From positions 1,742-65,741 of the forward strand of contig CACJKF010000002.1 in assembly GCA_902593905.1 (NCBI GenBank): a stretch of 64,000 bases of DNA. Direction: 5' to 3'. Origin of the DNA: an uncultured Pelagibacteraceae bacterium (GTDB lineage Bacteria > Pseudomonadota > Alphaproteobacteria > Pelagibacterales > Pelagibacteraceae). Every line of letters begins with the position of its first letter. The stretch's first letter is position 1. The notes beneath the pieces are model-generated. The model made no database searches and was not told the origin of the DNA. It was given only the letters and a program-made list of their open reading frames with translations. Shown here piece by piece: positions 1-10,870 of the stretch. Made by a program: the position numbers and the translations under genes.

Positions 1-246
1 GATGAAATTTTAGAGTTGGCAGAAATAAAAAATATAGATTTTTTAAATATTGATGTTGAAGGAATGGATTTCAAAATTTTATCACAATTAATTCCAAATA
101 AGTTACAGCCTCAATTAATATCAATAGAGACACATAATGTTGATGGCACGAAATCGAAAGAATGTGACAAAATACATTACCTTTTAAAAAGTAATAATTA
201 TAAAACTTATAAAAGGGTTGGACCTTCCACACTTTACGCTTTTTAA
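1..246 (+). CDS. FkbM-family methyltransferase, C-terminal fragment (5'-truncated)
   Basis: Frame is open from base 1; IDFLNIDVEGMDFKIL matches the FkbM 'KIDVEG.E' motif. Confidence 0.75.
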   Translation, partial: DEILELAEIKNIDFLNIDVEGMDFKILSQLIPNKLQPQLISIETHNVDGTKSKECDKIHYLLKSNNYKTYKRVGPSTLYAF

Positions 247-302
247 CTTTATTACCACTTTAAAGCGTAATTCTTTTAGATTGACTTTTAATTATTTTTG
301 TT

Positions 303-460
303 GGAAAGTATAACCGTAACGGGAGAGACCAATTAATTGGCGCCGAAGGAGCAACAACCCAGGAAACTCTCAGGCAAAAGGACCGTTACCGTAATAACTC
401 TGGAAAGCAGGCTAAGGCCTCACCGAAGGATTAAATCTCTCAGGTACACAGACAGATTGG
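303..460 (+). promoter_or_regulatory. Tandem (two-aptamer) glycine riboswitch
   Basis: Two aptamers: GGAGAGA..CGCCGAAGGAGCAA..AACTCTCAGG and CTGGAAAG..CACCGAAGGA..TCTCTCAGG, directly upstream of gcvT. Confidence 0.95.
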
Positions 461-482
461 GATAAATAAAAAAAGAGTTATT

Positions 483-1577
483 ATGGAAGTACAAAAAACA
501 GCTTTATATAATTATCACAAAAACTTGGGAGCAAAGTTTGTTCCATTTGCTGGTTACGAAATGCCAATTCAATATAAAGAGGGAATAGTTAAAGAGCATA
601 TTTCAACTAGAACATATGCTGGGTTTTTTGATGTTTCTCACATGGGGCAATTTTTTTTAGAGGGAGACAAAACATTGATAGAAGCTTTAGAAAAAATCAT
701 ACCCGCAGATCTAAATAATTTGAAAGTTAACCATTCAAAATATTCCTTTTTACTTAATAACGAAGGTGGAATAATTGATGATTTAATTATAACAAGAACT
801 GAAAAAGGTTTCTGTATAATTTTAAACGCAGCTTGTAAGGAAAACGATATTAAACAAATTTCACAATTTTTAGATAAAGATCATAAACATCTTTTAAACA
901 ATGATTTATCTTTAATAGCGTTACAAGGACCTAAATCTGAGGAGATTTTAGAAAAGTTAATCCCAGGTGTCGTCAATTTAAAATTTATGACTGGAAGTAA
1001 TTTTGAGTTTGCGGGTGAAAAACTTTATGTAACAAGATCTGGATACACAGGTGAAGATGGTTTTGAAATCTCAATTTCTAACTCAAAAGTTGAAAAACTA
1101 ATCGATTACTTAATTTCAAATGAAGTTAAGCCGATAGGTTTAGGAGCTAGAGATACATTAAGACTAGAGGCAGGTCTGTGTTTATATGGTCATGATTTAA
1201 ATGAAAAAATAAATCCGATAGAGGCTAATTTAAAATGGGCTATAGCAAAAAAAAGAAAAGAAGTCGGTGGATTTAATGGATGGGAAAAAATAAAAAATTT
1301 ATTAGCTAACGGAAGTAAAAAAATTAGAGTTGGTATAAAGCCAGATGGAAAAGTTATAGCAAGAGAAAATACAAAAATCTTTTCATCAGATGATAATGAA
1401 ATTGGATTCGTCACAAGCGGTACTTTTGGCCCAAGTGTAAACGCTCCAGTTGCAATGGGATATGTTAAATCTGAATTTTCTGAAATAGGCACATCTATTC
1501 AGCTTGAAGTAAGGGGAAAAAAATATGGGGGTAAAATTTCCGAACTTCCATTTTATAAAAAAAGTTATGTTAAATAA
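483..1577 (+). CDS. gcvT: Glycine cleavage system aminomethyltransferase T
   Basis: FDVSHMGQ, RSGYTGEDGFEI and GLGARDTLRLEAGLCLYG motifs. Confidence 0.97.
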   Translation: MEVQKTALYNYHKNLGAKFVPFAGYEMPIQYKEGIVKEHISTRTYAGFFDVSHMGQFFLEGDKTLIEALEKIIPADLNNLKVNHSKYSFLLNNEGGIIDDLIITRTEKGFCIILNAACKENDIKQISQFLDKDHKHLLNNDLSLIALQGPKSEEILEKLIPGVVNLKFMTGSNFEFAGEKLYVTRSGYTGEDGFEISISNSKVEKLIDYLISNEVKPIGLGARDTLRLEAGLCLYGHDLNEKINPIEANLKWAIAKKRKEVGGFNGWEKIKNLLANGSKKIRVGIKPDGKVIARENTKIFSSDDNEIGFVTSGTFGPSVNAPVAMGYVKSEFSEIGTSIQLEVRGKKYGGKISELPFYKKSYVK

Positions 1578-1589
1578 GGAGAAACAAAT

Positions 1590-1970
1590 ATGAGTGAAAA
1601 AAAATTTTCTAAAAAACACGAATGGGTCTCACTGGATGGAGATGTAGCTACAGTTGGAATAACTAAGCATGCAACAGAAATGCTTGGTGATATTGTTTTT
1701 GTAGAAGTTCCTGATGCAGGAAAAGCCGTAGCAAAAGAAGGTCAAGCAGCTGTTGTAGAGTCTACTAAAGCTGCGAGTGATGTTTACTCTCCAATTTCTG
1801 GAGAAATTACTGAGGGAAATAAAGCTATTGCTGAGGACCCAGGTAGCGTGAATTCAGACCCTGAAGGCGCAAGTTGGTTTTTTAAGTTAAAGATAAAGGA
1901 TAAAGGTGAGTATGACTCGCTTATGTCAAAAGATGAATATGATAAATTTTGTAAGGAGAACCCAAGTTAA
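1590..1970 (+). CDS. gcvH: Glycine cleavage system H protein
   Basis: HEWV and lipoyl motif [13 protein letters not shown]; AAGGAG SD. Confidence 0.97.
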   Translation: MSEKKFSKKHEWVSLDGDVATVGITKHATEMLGDIVFVEVPDAGKAVAKEGQAAVVESTKAASDVYSPISGEITEGNKAIAEDPGSVNSDPEGASWFFKLKIKDKGEYDSLMSKDEYDKFCKENPS

Positions 1971-4838
1971 ATGATTGACGATAATTCAAAAGAATTCATT
2001 AAAAGACACATTGGTCCCTCTGAGGAAGATCAATCTAAAATGTTGCAATACGTTGGATATAAGACACTAGAGGATCTAATGAGCAATACTGTGCCAGAAA
2101 AAATCTTATTAAAAGATAATCTTAAAATTGATCTGCCAATGTCAGAAAACGATGCTTTAAAAAAATTAAAATCTATATCTAAAAAAAATAAAATCTTTAA
2201 AAATTTTATTGGAATGGGATACTATAATTCTATTACACCTAATGTAATTCTTAGAAATATTTTAGAAAATCCAGGATGGTACACGTCTTATACACCTTAT
2301 CAGCCTGAAGTGGCACAAGGTCGTCTTGAAATGCTTTTAAATTTTCAACAATCAATTATTGACTTAACAGGCATGGATATAGCTAACGCTTCTTTATTGG
2401 ATGAAGCAACAGCAACAGCAGAAGCAGTAGGTTTAAGCCAGAGATTAGATAAGACTAATTCAAAAAAAATATTTATTTCAAGCAATTGCAATCCTCAAAC
2501 AATTGATCTCATAAAAACAAGAACTAATCCTTTTGGTTTAGAATTGATCATTGGTGATGAAAAAAAAGAACTTACGAAAATTAACGAAGATATTATTTGT
2601 GGAGTTTTATCATATCCTGGAACTTTAGGTGAGATAAACGATCCTAGTGAAAGTATCAGTCAAATACACAAAAAAAATGGAAAAGCTATTTTGGTTTGTG
2701 ATCTATTAGCTTTAGCTAGATTGAAAACTCCAGCAGAACTTGGAGCTGACATTGCTGTTGGAAGCGCTCAAAGATTTGGTATTCCAATGGGATACGGTGG
2801 ACCTCACGCAGCATTTTTTGCAACTAAAGAGGAATTTAAAAGATCAATGCCGGGAAGAATTATAGGCGTTTCAAAAGATAGACACGGAAAAAAAGCTTAC
2901 AGGCTCTCTTTACAAACTAGAGAGCAACACATTAGAAGAGACAAAGCAACAAGCAATATTTGCACCGCTCAAGCATTGCTAGCTATCATTTCTGCTGCCT
3001 TTGCGATTTATCATGGACCTGAAGGAATACTTAAAATAGCAAATAGAACTTCGAAATTAGCTAAAATTTTTGCTGATAACATTAAAACAGGTGGTTACAA
3101 GATTTTATCAGATCATTTCTTTGATACTGTTACAATTAAGACCAATGAAAAAACAAGCTCTATTTATGAAGCTGCATTAAAAGAGAATATAAACCTTAGA
3201 AAAGTCGATAAAGAGCATTTATCAGTTGCTTTTGATGAAGCAAAAAAACTTGATGATGTTAATTTACTTTTAAAGTTATTTGGAGTTTCTAAAATTATAA
3301 AACAAGATGTAAAGGTTGAACTAGATAATCTTCCAAAAAATCTTTTAAGAACTTCAAAATACTTAACCCATCCAGTTTTTAATAAATACCATTCTGAAAC
3401 TGAGATGCTAAGATATCTAAAGAAACTAGAAGATTGTGATATTGCGCTCAATAGATCAATGATTGCTTTAGGATCTTGTACTATGAAGCTCAATGCAACA
3501 GCGGAATTAATACCCATTACCTGGAAAGAGTTTTCACTTCCACATCCATTTGTTCCTACAAATCAAATGGAAGGCTATAAAATTCTTTTTAATGATCTAA
3601 TAAATGACCTAAAGGAAATTACTGGATATGATGCAGTTTCTTTACAACCAAACTCTGGAGCTCAAGGAGAGTACGCAGGTTTAATGACTATAAGAAAATT
3701 CCATAAAAACAATAAACAAGAAAATCGTAACGTCTGTCTAATTCCGGATTCGGCTCATGGAACTAATCCAGCAAGTGCCCAAATGTGTGGGATGAAAGTA
3801 GTAGTAGTCAATTGTGATGACGATGGAAATGTTGATATAGACGATCTTAAAAATAAAGCTGAAAAACACTCAAAAGATTTAGCTGCTTTAATGGTAACTT
3901 ATCCCTCTACGCATGGAGTATTCGAGGAAAAAATCATGGATATTTGCGAAGTTATTCATAAGCACGGCGGACAAGTCTATATGGATGGAGCAAATTTAAA
4001 TGCACTTGTAGGTGTTGCAAAGCCAGGGAAATTTGGACCAGACGTTTGTCATATTAATTTACATAAAACATTTTGTATACCTCACGGTGGAGGCGGACCA
4101 GGAATGGGCCCAATCGCTTGTGCTAAGCATCTAGCTGATTTTTTACCAACACACGAAATTATTAAAGAGGCAGGCCCTAAGAATGGAATGGGGGCTGTAT
4201 CAGCTGCACCTTGGGGTAGTTCAAGTATACTTCCAATATCTTGGATGTATATAAAGATGATGGGTGCTGAAGGATTGAAAAAAGCCTCACAAGTTTCAAT
4301 TTTAAATGCAAATTATATTTCAAAAAAATTATCCAAAGATTACAAAGTTCTTTACACTGGTAAAAATGGAAATGTTGCACATGAATGCATAATTGATATA
4401 CGACCAATAAAAGCAAGTTCAGGTATCTCTGAGGAGGATTTAGCAAAAAGACTGATTGACTTTGGCTACCATGCTCCAACAATGTCATGGCCTGTCGCTG
4501 GCACAATTATGATTGAGCCAACTGAAAGTGAAAATTTGGAGGAGATTGATAAATTTTGTAATGCACTTATAAAAATTAAAAAAGAAATTAGTTTAGTGGA
4601 GTCATCAAAGTTTGACAAAATAGATAATCCACTGAAAAATGCACCTCATACTTATGTCGAATTAGCCTCCAGTGAGTGGAAACATGCTTACTCAAGGGAG
4701 GAAGCAGCTTTTCCAACTGAGTATGTAAAAAATAATAAATATTGGGCACCAGTTGCTAGAGTAGATAACGTTTTCGGAGATAGAAATTTAGTATGTTCAT
4801 GTCCTTCAATGGATGAATATAAAGATGAAGCTGCTTAA
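1971..4838 (+). CDS. gcvP: Glycine dehydrogenase (decarboxylating), P protein
   Basis: 955 aa; YTPYQPEVAQGRLE and PLP-lysine motif HINLHKTFCIPHGGGGPG. Confidence 0.98.
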   Translation: MIDDNSKEFIKRHIGPSEEDQSKMLQYVGYKTLEDLMSNTVPEKILLKDNLKIDLPMSENDALKKLKSISKKNKIFKNFIGMGYYNSITPNVILRNILENPGWYTSYTPYQPEVAQGRLEMLLNFQQSIIDLTGMDIANASLLDEATATAEAVGLSQRLDKTNSKKIFISSNCNPQTIDLIKTRTNPFGLELIIGDEKKELTKINEDIICGVLSYPGTLGEINDPSESISQIHKKNGKAILVCDLLALARLKTPAELGADIAVGSAQRFGIPMGYGGPHAAFFATKEEFKRSMPGRIIGVSKDRHGKKAYRLSLQTREQHIRRDKATSNICTAQALLAIISAAFAIYHGPEGILKIANRTSKLAKIFADNIKTGGYKILSDHFFDTVTIKTNEKTSSIYEAALKENINLRKVDKEHLSVAFDEAKKLDDVNLLLKLFGVSKIIKQDVKVELDNLPKNLLRTSKYLTHPVFNKYHSETEMLRYLKKLEDCDIALNRSMIALGSCTMKLNATAELIPITWKEFSLPHPFVPTNQMEGYKILFNDLINDLKEITGYDAVSLQPNSGAQGEYAGLMTIRKFHKNNKQENRNVCLIPDSAHGTNPASAQMCGMKVVVVNCDDDGNVDIDDLKNKAEKHSKDLAALMVTYPSTHGVFEEKIMDICEVIHKHGGQVYMDGANLNALVGVAKPGKFGPDVCHINLHKTFCIPHGGGGPGMGPIACAKHLADFLPTHEIIKEAGPKNGMGAVSAAPWGSSSILPISWMYIKMMGAEGLKKASQVSILNANYISKKLSKDYKVLYTGKNGNVAHECIIDIRPIKASSGISEEDLAKRLIDFGYHAPTMSWPVAGTIMIEPTESENLEEIDKFCNALIKIKKEISLVESSKFDKIDNPLKNAPHTYVELASSEWKHAYSREEAAFPTEYVKNNKYWAPVARVDNVFGDRNLVCSCPSMDEYKDEAA

Positions 4839-4847
4839 TCTTTTTTA

Positions 4848-6074
4848 ATGAAAATTGCTGTTATCGGCTCAGGTATCTCAGGATTATCTTCCGCATATTT
4901 TCTCTCAAAAAAATATAAAGTTGATCTATACGAAAAAGATGATCACTTTGGAGGTCATTCTTTCACCTATGAGATTAAAGAAGATGATAAGATTATACCA
5001 GTAGATCTGGGCTTTATTGTTTTTAATGAGGTTACTTATCCAAATTTAGTAAATTTTTTTAATGAATTAAAAGTTCCTTATGAAAAAAGCGACATGTCAT
5101 TTTCTGTATCTATTAAGAATAGTAATGTTGAATATAGTGGAAGTGGTTTAGGAGGTATTTTTGCGAATAAATTAAATTTTTTTAATTTCAAATTTTTATA
5201 TATGATTAGAGAGATAATCTCATTTTATAGAACTGCCCCAAAATTACTTGAAAGTGAAATTAAAGAAGAAACTTTAGGAAATTTTCTTAATAAAAAAAAA
5301 TTATCAAAATACTTCATCGAGTATCACTTAATTCCCATGGTTGCCGCTATTTGGTCAATGCCATTTAATAAAGCAAAAGAGATGCCATTAAAATTTTTTT
5401 TAAATTTTTTTACTAATCATGGTTTATTTAAATTCAAAAATAGACCGCAATGGTACACAGTTTCAAATAGAAGTAGAGCCTATGTAAAAAAGGTAACAGA
5501 TAAAATTAGTGGAGAAATTTTTAAAAATTATAAAGTGGATAAGTTAATTAGAAACGATGACAATATCAGGCTAAATATTGGCAATGAATATGTTGACTAT
5601 GATCATGTAGTACTAGCTTCCCATGCAGACCAAAGTTTAAGAATGATAGAAAAACCAACGGAACAAGAAAAAAATATATTGGAAAAATTTAATTACGTGA
5701 AGAATGAGGCTTATTTACATATTGATGAGAGATTAATGCCTCACAAAAAAAGGGCCTGGTCTAGTTGGAATTCTGTTACAGATGGAGAAAAGACATGCAT
5801 CACCTATTGGCTAAATAAACTACAAAACTTAGATACATCTAAGGACTATTTTTTAACTTTAAACCCTATTTATAAAATTAACGAAAATTCTGTTATAAAA
5901 AAAGTTAATTTTACCCACCCATATTTAGATTCAAAGAATACTGCGCTTCAAAAAGATCTAAAATTAATACAAGGAAAAAAAAGAACTTGGTTTTGTGGAA
6001 GTTATTTTGGTTACGGATTTCACGAAGATGGATTAAAATCGTCTATAGATTTGATAAATAACTTTAAAATTTAA
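4848..6074 (+). CDS. FAD-dependent oxidoreductase (UfaD/RSP1091-like fatty-acid modifying enzyme)
   Basis: GSGISGL Rossmann motif, VDLGFIVFNEVTYPNL, C-terminal YGFHEDGL; precedes DUF1365 and a cfa-like gene. Confidence 0.8.
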   Translation: MKIAVIGSGISGLSSAYFLSKKYKVDLYEKDDHFGGHSFTYEIKEDDKIIPVDLGFIVFNEVTYPNLVNFFNELKVPYEKSDMSFSVSIKNSNVEYSGSGLGGIFANKLNFFNFKFLYMIREIISFYRTAPKLLESEIKEETLGNFLNKKKLSKYFIEYHLIPMVAAIWSMPFNKAKEMPLKFFLNFFTNHGLFKFKNRPQWYTVSNRSRAYVKKVTDKISGEIFKNYKVDKLIRNDDNIRLNIGNEYVDYDHVVLASHADQSLRMIEKPTEQEKNILEKFNYVKNEAYLHIDERLMPHKKRAWSSWNSVTDGEKTCITYWLNKLQNLDTSKDYFLTLNPIYKINENSVIKKVNFTHPYLDSKNTALQKDLKLIQGKKRTWFCGSYFGYGFHEDGLKSSIDLINNFKI

Positions 6075-6832
6075 TGAACTCCTGTATTTATAACGGTGAA
6101 GTAACTCATACACGATTTAAACCTGTAAGACATTTTTTAAAATATAAAACTTTTTCGTTATTAATTGATTTAGATGAAATCAATCAATTAGACAGTTCAA
6201 TAAATATTTTCTCTCATAATAAATTTAACATTTTCAGCTTTTATGACAAAGATCATGGAGAACGCGACGGAAGCGATTTAAAAGAATGGGTGCTTAAAAA
6301 CATTAGTAAGCTCAATATAAAAGGTGAAATCAATAAAGTTAAAATACTTTGTTATCCAAGAATTTTTGGTTATGTGTTCAACCCTTTAAGTATTTTTTAC
6401 TGCTATGAGGATAATAAATTGAAAGCAATTTTTTACGAAGTAAAAAATACTTTTAATGAGCAGCACACATATATTTTTAAAATTAAAGATAATGAAGAAA
6501 TAATTCAGAAATGCAAAAAAAAATTTTACGTTTCACCATTTATGGATATGGAAACTTACTATAATTTTAAATTACTTAACCCCAATGATAAACTCTCAGT
6601 TTTTATAAAACAAACAGACTCGATAGGAACAGTTTTAACAGCTACCCAAACAGGAGAGAGAAAAGAATTCAACTCAAAACAACTCATTTCTAACTTTTTT
6701 AAGTATCCTTTAATGACAATTAAAATTATTGGTTCGATACATTATGAAGCATTACTTTTATGGAAAAAAGGAGCAATATACAGAGGAAGAAGCACTAAAT
6801 TAAAAAATAATTTAAGTTACGAGGAATATTAA
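6074..6832 (+). CDS. DUF1365 family protein (UfaO/RSP1090-like)
   Basis: PRIFGYVFNPLSIFYC, EVKNTFNEQHTY and KFYVSPF motifs. Confidence 0.85.
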   Translation: MNSCIYNGEVTHTRFKPVRHFLKYKTFSLLIDLDEINQLDSSINIFSHNKFNIFSFYDKDHGERDGSDLKEWVLKNISKLNIKGEINKVKILCYPRIFGYVFNPLSIFYCYEDNKLKAIFYEVKNTFNEQHTYIFKIKDNEEIIQKCKKKFYVSPFMDMETYYNFKLLNPNDKLSVFIKQTDSIGTVLTATQTGERKEFNSKQLISNFFKYPLMTIKIIGSIHYEALLLWKKGAIYRGRSTKLKNNLSYEEY

Positions 6833-8022
6833 TGAGTTTAATAAAAATATCAGAAAAATTCGTCCTAAATAAATTGAAAAAAATCTCACAAGGAAATCTT
6901 AAGCTTATAAATTATGATGGAAAAGTTTTTCATTTTGGTGACTTAGAGAGCAAATTATCTTCAGATATCAAAATTAATAAGCCCAATTTTTACCTAAACG
7001 TCATTATGGGTGGAAGCTCAGCTTTAGGAGAAGCTCATATGAAAAAAGATTTTTATTCCTCAAATTTAACAAATTTAATTGAACTTACAGCGAGAAATAT
7101 CAATACAATCTATTCTTTTTCAGGAAGTTTAAAATTACAAAAAATCAAAAATTTTCTAAAAAAAATATTTGCATCAAATACAAAATCTAAAAGTAAAAAA
7201 TATATTTCAAAACATTATGATTTAGGGAATGAATTTTTTTCGTCGTGGCTTGATAAATCTCTTACTTATTCCAGTGCTGTCTATAAAAATGAGAAAGATG
7301 ATTTAGAAATCGCTCAAAGAAATAAATTTCAAGAGCTTATAAATTTAATGAATATAAAAGATGGAAACAAGGTTTTAGAGATAGGGTGTGGATGGGGCGG
7401 TTTTGCTGAATTTTTAGCTAAAAATTATGATGTGAGTGTAGACTGTATTACAATTTCTAAAAATCAATATGAGTTTACTAAAAAGAAGATTTTCAACTCA
7501 GGACTAAACAACAAAGTTAATGTTAAATTTTTAGATTACAGAGATCTCAAGGAAAAATATGATCATGTAGCCTCAATAGAAATGATAGAAGCTGTTGGTG
7601 AAAAATATATGGACCAATATTTTCGTACAATTAAAAATGTTCTTAATTACGGGGGAACTGCTGCAATTCAAGGCATCGTGATAAAAGATGACTTATTTGA
7701 AAGATATAGAGCAAATGAGGATTTTATTCAAAAATATATATTTCCAGGTGGATTTTTACCTTCAGTTAAATTTATAGATAATATAATTAAAAAAAATGAC
7801 CTAAAACTAGAAAAAATTAATACCTACTCCGACGATTATGCTAAAACTTTAGCAACTTGGAGAAAAAATTTTTTAGGTGCTTGGGAAAAAATTAGCCCAC
7901 TTGGTTTTGATGAATATTTCAAGCGTATGTGGGAATTTTACTTATCTTATTGTGAAGGCGGTTTTAAGTCTAGAAACATTAACTTGATTCAATTCTCCAT
8001 GTCTAATAGATATTCGTCATGA
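6832..8022 (+). CDS. Cyclopropane-fatty-acyl-phospholipid synthase family methyltransferase (UfaM/Cfa-like)
   Basis: HYDLGNEFF, VLEIGCGWG, SIEMIEAVG, FIQKYIFPGG. Confidence 0.9.
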   Translation: MSLIKISEKFVLNKLKKISQGNLKLINYDGKVFHFGDLESKLSSDIKINKPNFYLNVIMGGSSALGEAHMKKDFYSSNLTNLIELTARNINTIYSFSGSLKLQKIKNFLKKIFASNTKSKSKKYISKHYDLGNEFFSSWLDKSLTYSSAVYKNEKDDLEIAQRNKFQELINLMNIKDGNKVLEIGCGWGGFAEFLAKNYDVSVDCITISKNQYEFTKKKIFNSGLNNKVNVKFLDYRDLKEKYDHVASIEMIEAVGEKYMDQYFRTIKNVLNYGGTAAIQGIVIKDDLFERYRANEDFIQKYIFPGGFLPSVKFIDNIIKKNDLKLEKINTYSDDYAKTLATWRKNFLGAWEKISPLGFDEYFKRMWEFYLSYCEGGFKSRNINLIQFSMSNRYSS

Positions 8023-8543
8023 AAAAATTTATACTACTATTTTTACTAATTTTAACAACAGGATGTGCAAATAAAATGAAACCGACAGATTTTAAAGATC
8101 AAAAACCAAGACTAGTTATCGAAGATTATTTATCGGGTAATGTCAAAGCTTGGGGAGTATTACAAAATAGATCTGGAAAAGTTACAAGACAATTTAAAGC
8201 TGATTTAAACGGAAAATGGGATGGTACCCAGTTAATTTTAGATGAAGTTTTTGATTGGAACGATGGCGAAAGACAAACTCGTCAATGGACAATTAAAAAA
8301 ATTGATGAACATAACTATGAAGGAACAGCGTCTGATGTAATTGGGACAGCTAAAGGATATTCATACGGCCCAGCTTTTAAATTTGAGTATGTATTACTTG
8401 TGCCGGTTAAAGGCAAAAATATTAAAATTACTTTTGACGATTGGATTTTCATGCAAGATGAGCGTGTGGCAATAAACAGAGCGACAATGACTAAATTTGG
8501 AATTAAAGTCGCAGAGTTAACTGTGATGTTTGTAAAAGATTAA
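8019..8543 (+). CDS. DUF3833 family lipoprotein
   Basis: Lipobox TTGC; FDDWIF..INRATMTKFGI; usual neighbour of cfa/DUF1365. Confidence 0.8.
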   Translation: MKKFILLFLLILTTGCANKMKPTDFKDQKPRLVIEDYLSGNVKAWGVLQNRSGKVTRQFKADLNGKWDGTQLILDEVFDWNDGERQTRQWTIKKIDEHNYEGTASDVIGTAKGYSYGPAFKFEYVLLVPVKGKNIKITFDDWIFMQDERVAINRATMTKFGIKVAELTVMFVKD

Positions 8544-8544
8544 T

Positions 8545-9129
8545 ATGTTTGAACTTCCAAAATTAGATTATGCTAATTCGGCTCTTTCTCCAATAATGTC
8601 AGAGCAAACTTTAGATTTACATCATGGTAAGCACCATCAAACATACATTACTAACTTAAATAATTTTATAAAAGACTCTGACTATGAAAAATTGTCTCTA
8701 GAAGATATAATTAAAAAATCATCTTCTGAAAAAAAAGCAGGTATTTTTAATAACGCTAGCCAACATTGGAATCATAATCTTTTTTGGAAGTGCATGAAAC
8801 CTAATGGTGGCGGAAACGTTCCATCAAAACTTGAAAATAAAATTAAGCAAAATTTTGGAAGTTTTGAAAAATTCAGAGAGGAATTCATCAATGCTGGAGT
8901 TACTCAATTTGGATCTGGATGGTGTTGGCTATCTTTAAAAGAAGATAAGCTTGTAGTAACTAAATCACCAAATGCAGAAAACCCAATAATTAAGAATATG
9001 AAACCTATATTAGGCTGTGATGTTTGGGAACACTCTTATTACCTAGATTATAGAAATAAAAGACCAGCCTACTTAGAAAATTTTTTTGATAAACTAATCA
9101 ATTGGGAATACGTTGACTCTCTTCTTTAA
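8545..9129 (+). CDS. sodB: Superoxide dismutase, probably Fe-type
   Basis: HHGKHH, NNASQHWNH (Gln typical of Fe-SOD), FGSGW, DVWEHSYY. Confidence 0.92.
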   Translation: MFELPKLDYANSALSPIMSEQTLDLHHGKHHQTYITNLNNFIKDSDYEKLSLEDIIKKSSSEKKAGIFNNASQHWNHNLFWKCMKPNGGGNVPSKLENKIKQNFGSFEKFREEFINAGVTQFGSGWCWLSLKEDKLVVTKSPNAENPIIKNMKPILGCDVWEHSYYLDYRNKRPAYLENFFDKLINWEYVDSLL

Positions 9130-9882
9130 TTATCGTTTAACAAGTTTGTCTACTAAAAATAAATAAAGTCTATAAGGTAATATCCTCAAAAATTTTAAAG
9201 TTAAAGTCAACCCTTTTGGGAAATGAATTTCAAAAGAATTTCCTCTCACCAAGCCATTATAAATTTTATCCGCAGCATATTCAGGAGTTTTTAAAAATGG
9301 CATAGGGAATTCATTTTTATCAGTCAACGGGGTTTTAATGAAACCTGGTGATACAACAGAAACTCTCACTCCAAATTTTTTAAAATCAAAGTAAATACTT
9401 TCACTAAAATTAGTTAGAGCAGCTTTTGAAGGACCATAACCACTTGAATTTGGCAGACCTCTGTAACCTGCTATTGATGATACAATAGAAATATGTCCAG
9501 ATTTTTTATTTTTAAAATAATCCTCAACAGATTTTACACAATCGATTACACCCAAAAAATTAACATTAATTACATTTTTAATTTTATCTGGGTCTATGCT
9601 TTGTTCATCTTTTGGTTCATATGTTCCGCTTGAAAATAAACATATGTCTAAATTTTCAAACTCTTTTATAATATTTTTAAAAACCTCGCTTATTTGTGAT
9701 CGATTTGTTACATCTAACGGAAATGATTTAATATTTGGATTTTTAGCTAATTCATCAAGTAATTCTTTTCTTCTAGCAGATACAGCTACTTTCCATCCTT
9801 CATTAGCAAATTTTTCAGCTACAGCCTTTCCTATTCCACTACTTGCGCCTGTAATCCATATTTTTTTCTGATTTTCTGACAT
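9130..9882 (-). CDS. SDR-family oxidoreductase
   Basis: TGASSGIG and catalytic YGPSK; this SDR type usually accompanies cfa/DUF1365 clusters. Confidence 0.85.
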   Translation of the reverse strand: MSENQKKIWITGASSGIGKAVAEKFANEGWKVAVSARRKELLDELAKNPNIKSFPLDVTNRSQISEVFKNIIKEFENLDICLFSSGTYEPKDEQSIDPDKIKNVINVNFLGVIDCVKSVEDYFKNKKSGHISIVSSIAGYRGLPNSSGYGPSKAALTNFSESIYFDFKKFGVRVSVVSPGFIKTPLTDKNEFPMPFLKTPEYAADKIYNGLVRGNSFEIHFPKGLTLTLKFLRILPYRLYLFLVDKLVKR

Positions 9883-9903
9883 TAATTAGTTATATCTCAT
9901 ATT

Positions 9904-10368
9904 ATGACAAAGAATAAATATTTATCTTTAACTATAATTTTATCAATTACCTTTGTAGCACCTGCAATAGGAGGTTATGCGACATCAGCATTTAAAGAGC
10001 CCTGGTATTCACAGATCATATTGCCAAGTTTTAACCCTCCAAGTTGGGTATTTGCTCCTGTATGGTCGAGTTTATATTTAATGATGTCGTTAGCTATTTG
10101 GAAAATATGGATAAAAATTTTTGATAGTAAATTAATTAAATTATATTTTGTGCATATATTTTTTAATAGCACATGGACCATTGTATTTTTTGGATTTCAT
10201 CAAATTGGTTTAGCATTAATAAATCTTATTATAATTTTAGTATTTATAATAATTTTGATGAAAGAATATTTTAGTAAAGATAAAATTAGTTTCTATTTAA
10301 TGATTCCCTACATATCTTGGTCAAGCTATGCGTTGGTTTTAAATAGCGCAATATTTATATTAAATTAA
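9904..10368 (+). CDS. tspO: TspO/MBR tryptophan-rich sensory protein
   Basis: WY..PSFNPPSWVFAPVW and MIPYISW motifs; 5 TM. Confidence 0.9.
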   Translation: MTKNKYLSLTIILSITFVAPAIGGYATSAFKEPWYSQIILPSFNPPSWVFAPVWSSLYLMMSLAIWKIWIKIFDSKLIKLYFVHIFFNSTWTIVFFGFHQIGLALINLIIILVFIIILMKEYFSKDKISFYLMIPYISWSSYALVLNSAIFILN

Positions 10369-10835
10369 AACCATCTTTTTGGATAAGTTCTTTTTAAGAT
10401 AAATTTATTAATCAAAACTGATAAAACAATTATAACAATAGTTCCAACAAATACTGGAAAAATAATATAATTAAGTGATACATCAGCAAATAAAGCAATT
10501 AGAGGATTCGCTGCAGCCGGTGGATGTATTATTTTTAAATACATCATGAATGTAACAGTTGTTCCAACCGATAAACCAAGAGTAATAAATGAGATACCAA
10601 AAAATTCATTAAATAAAATTCCTATAATAATTCCTAATAGGTGGCCAAAAAAAATATTTGGGGGTTGAGCAAACTCACTTTCATAAAAGACTAAAACTAT
10701 AAGAGTAGTAGAGCCAAAAGAGAACATTAACCAAAATCCTGTGGATGTTTCAAAGCTTAAAAATGATAATATCCCTATAATCACTGACGCTGCTACTCCT
10801 GCAACTAAGGGCTCGAAATTTTTAGATATTTTCAT
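10365..10835 (-). CDS. HPP family membrane protein
   Basis: FAQP..FFGH and IHPPAAA motifs. Confidence 0.88.
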   Translation of the reverse strand: MKISKNFEPLVAGVAASVIIGILSFLSFETSTGFWLMFSFGSTTLIVLVFYESEFAQPPNIFFGHLLGIIIGILFNEFFGISFITLGLSVGTTVTFMMYLKIIHPPAAANPLIALFADVSLNYIIFPVFVGTIVIIVLSVLINKFILKRTYPKRWF

Positions 10836-10870
10836 ATATATTTTATTTTAAATTAAGTTATATACACATA

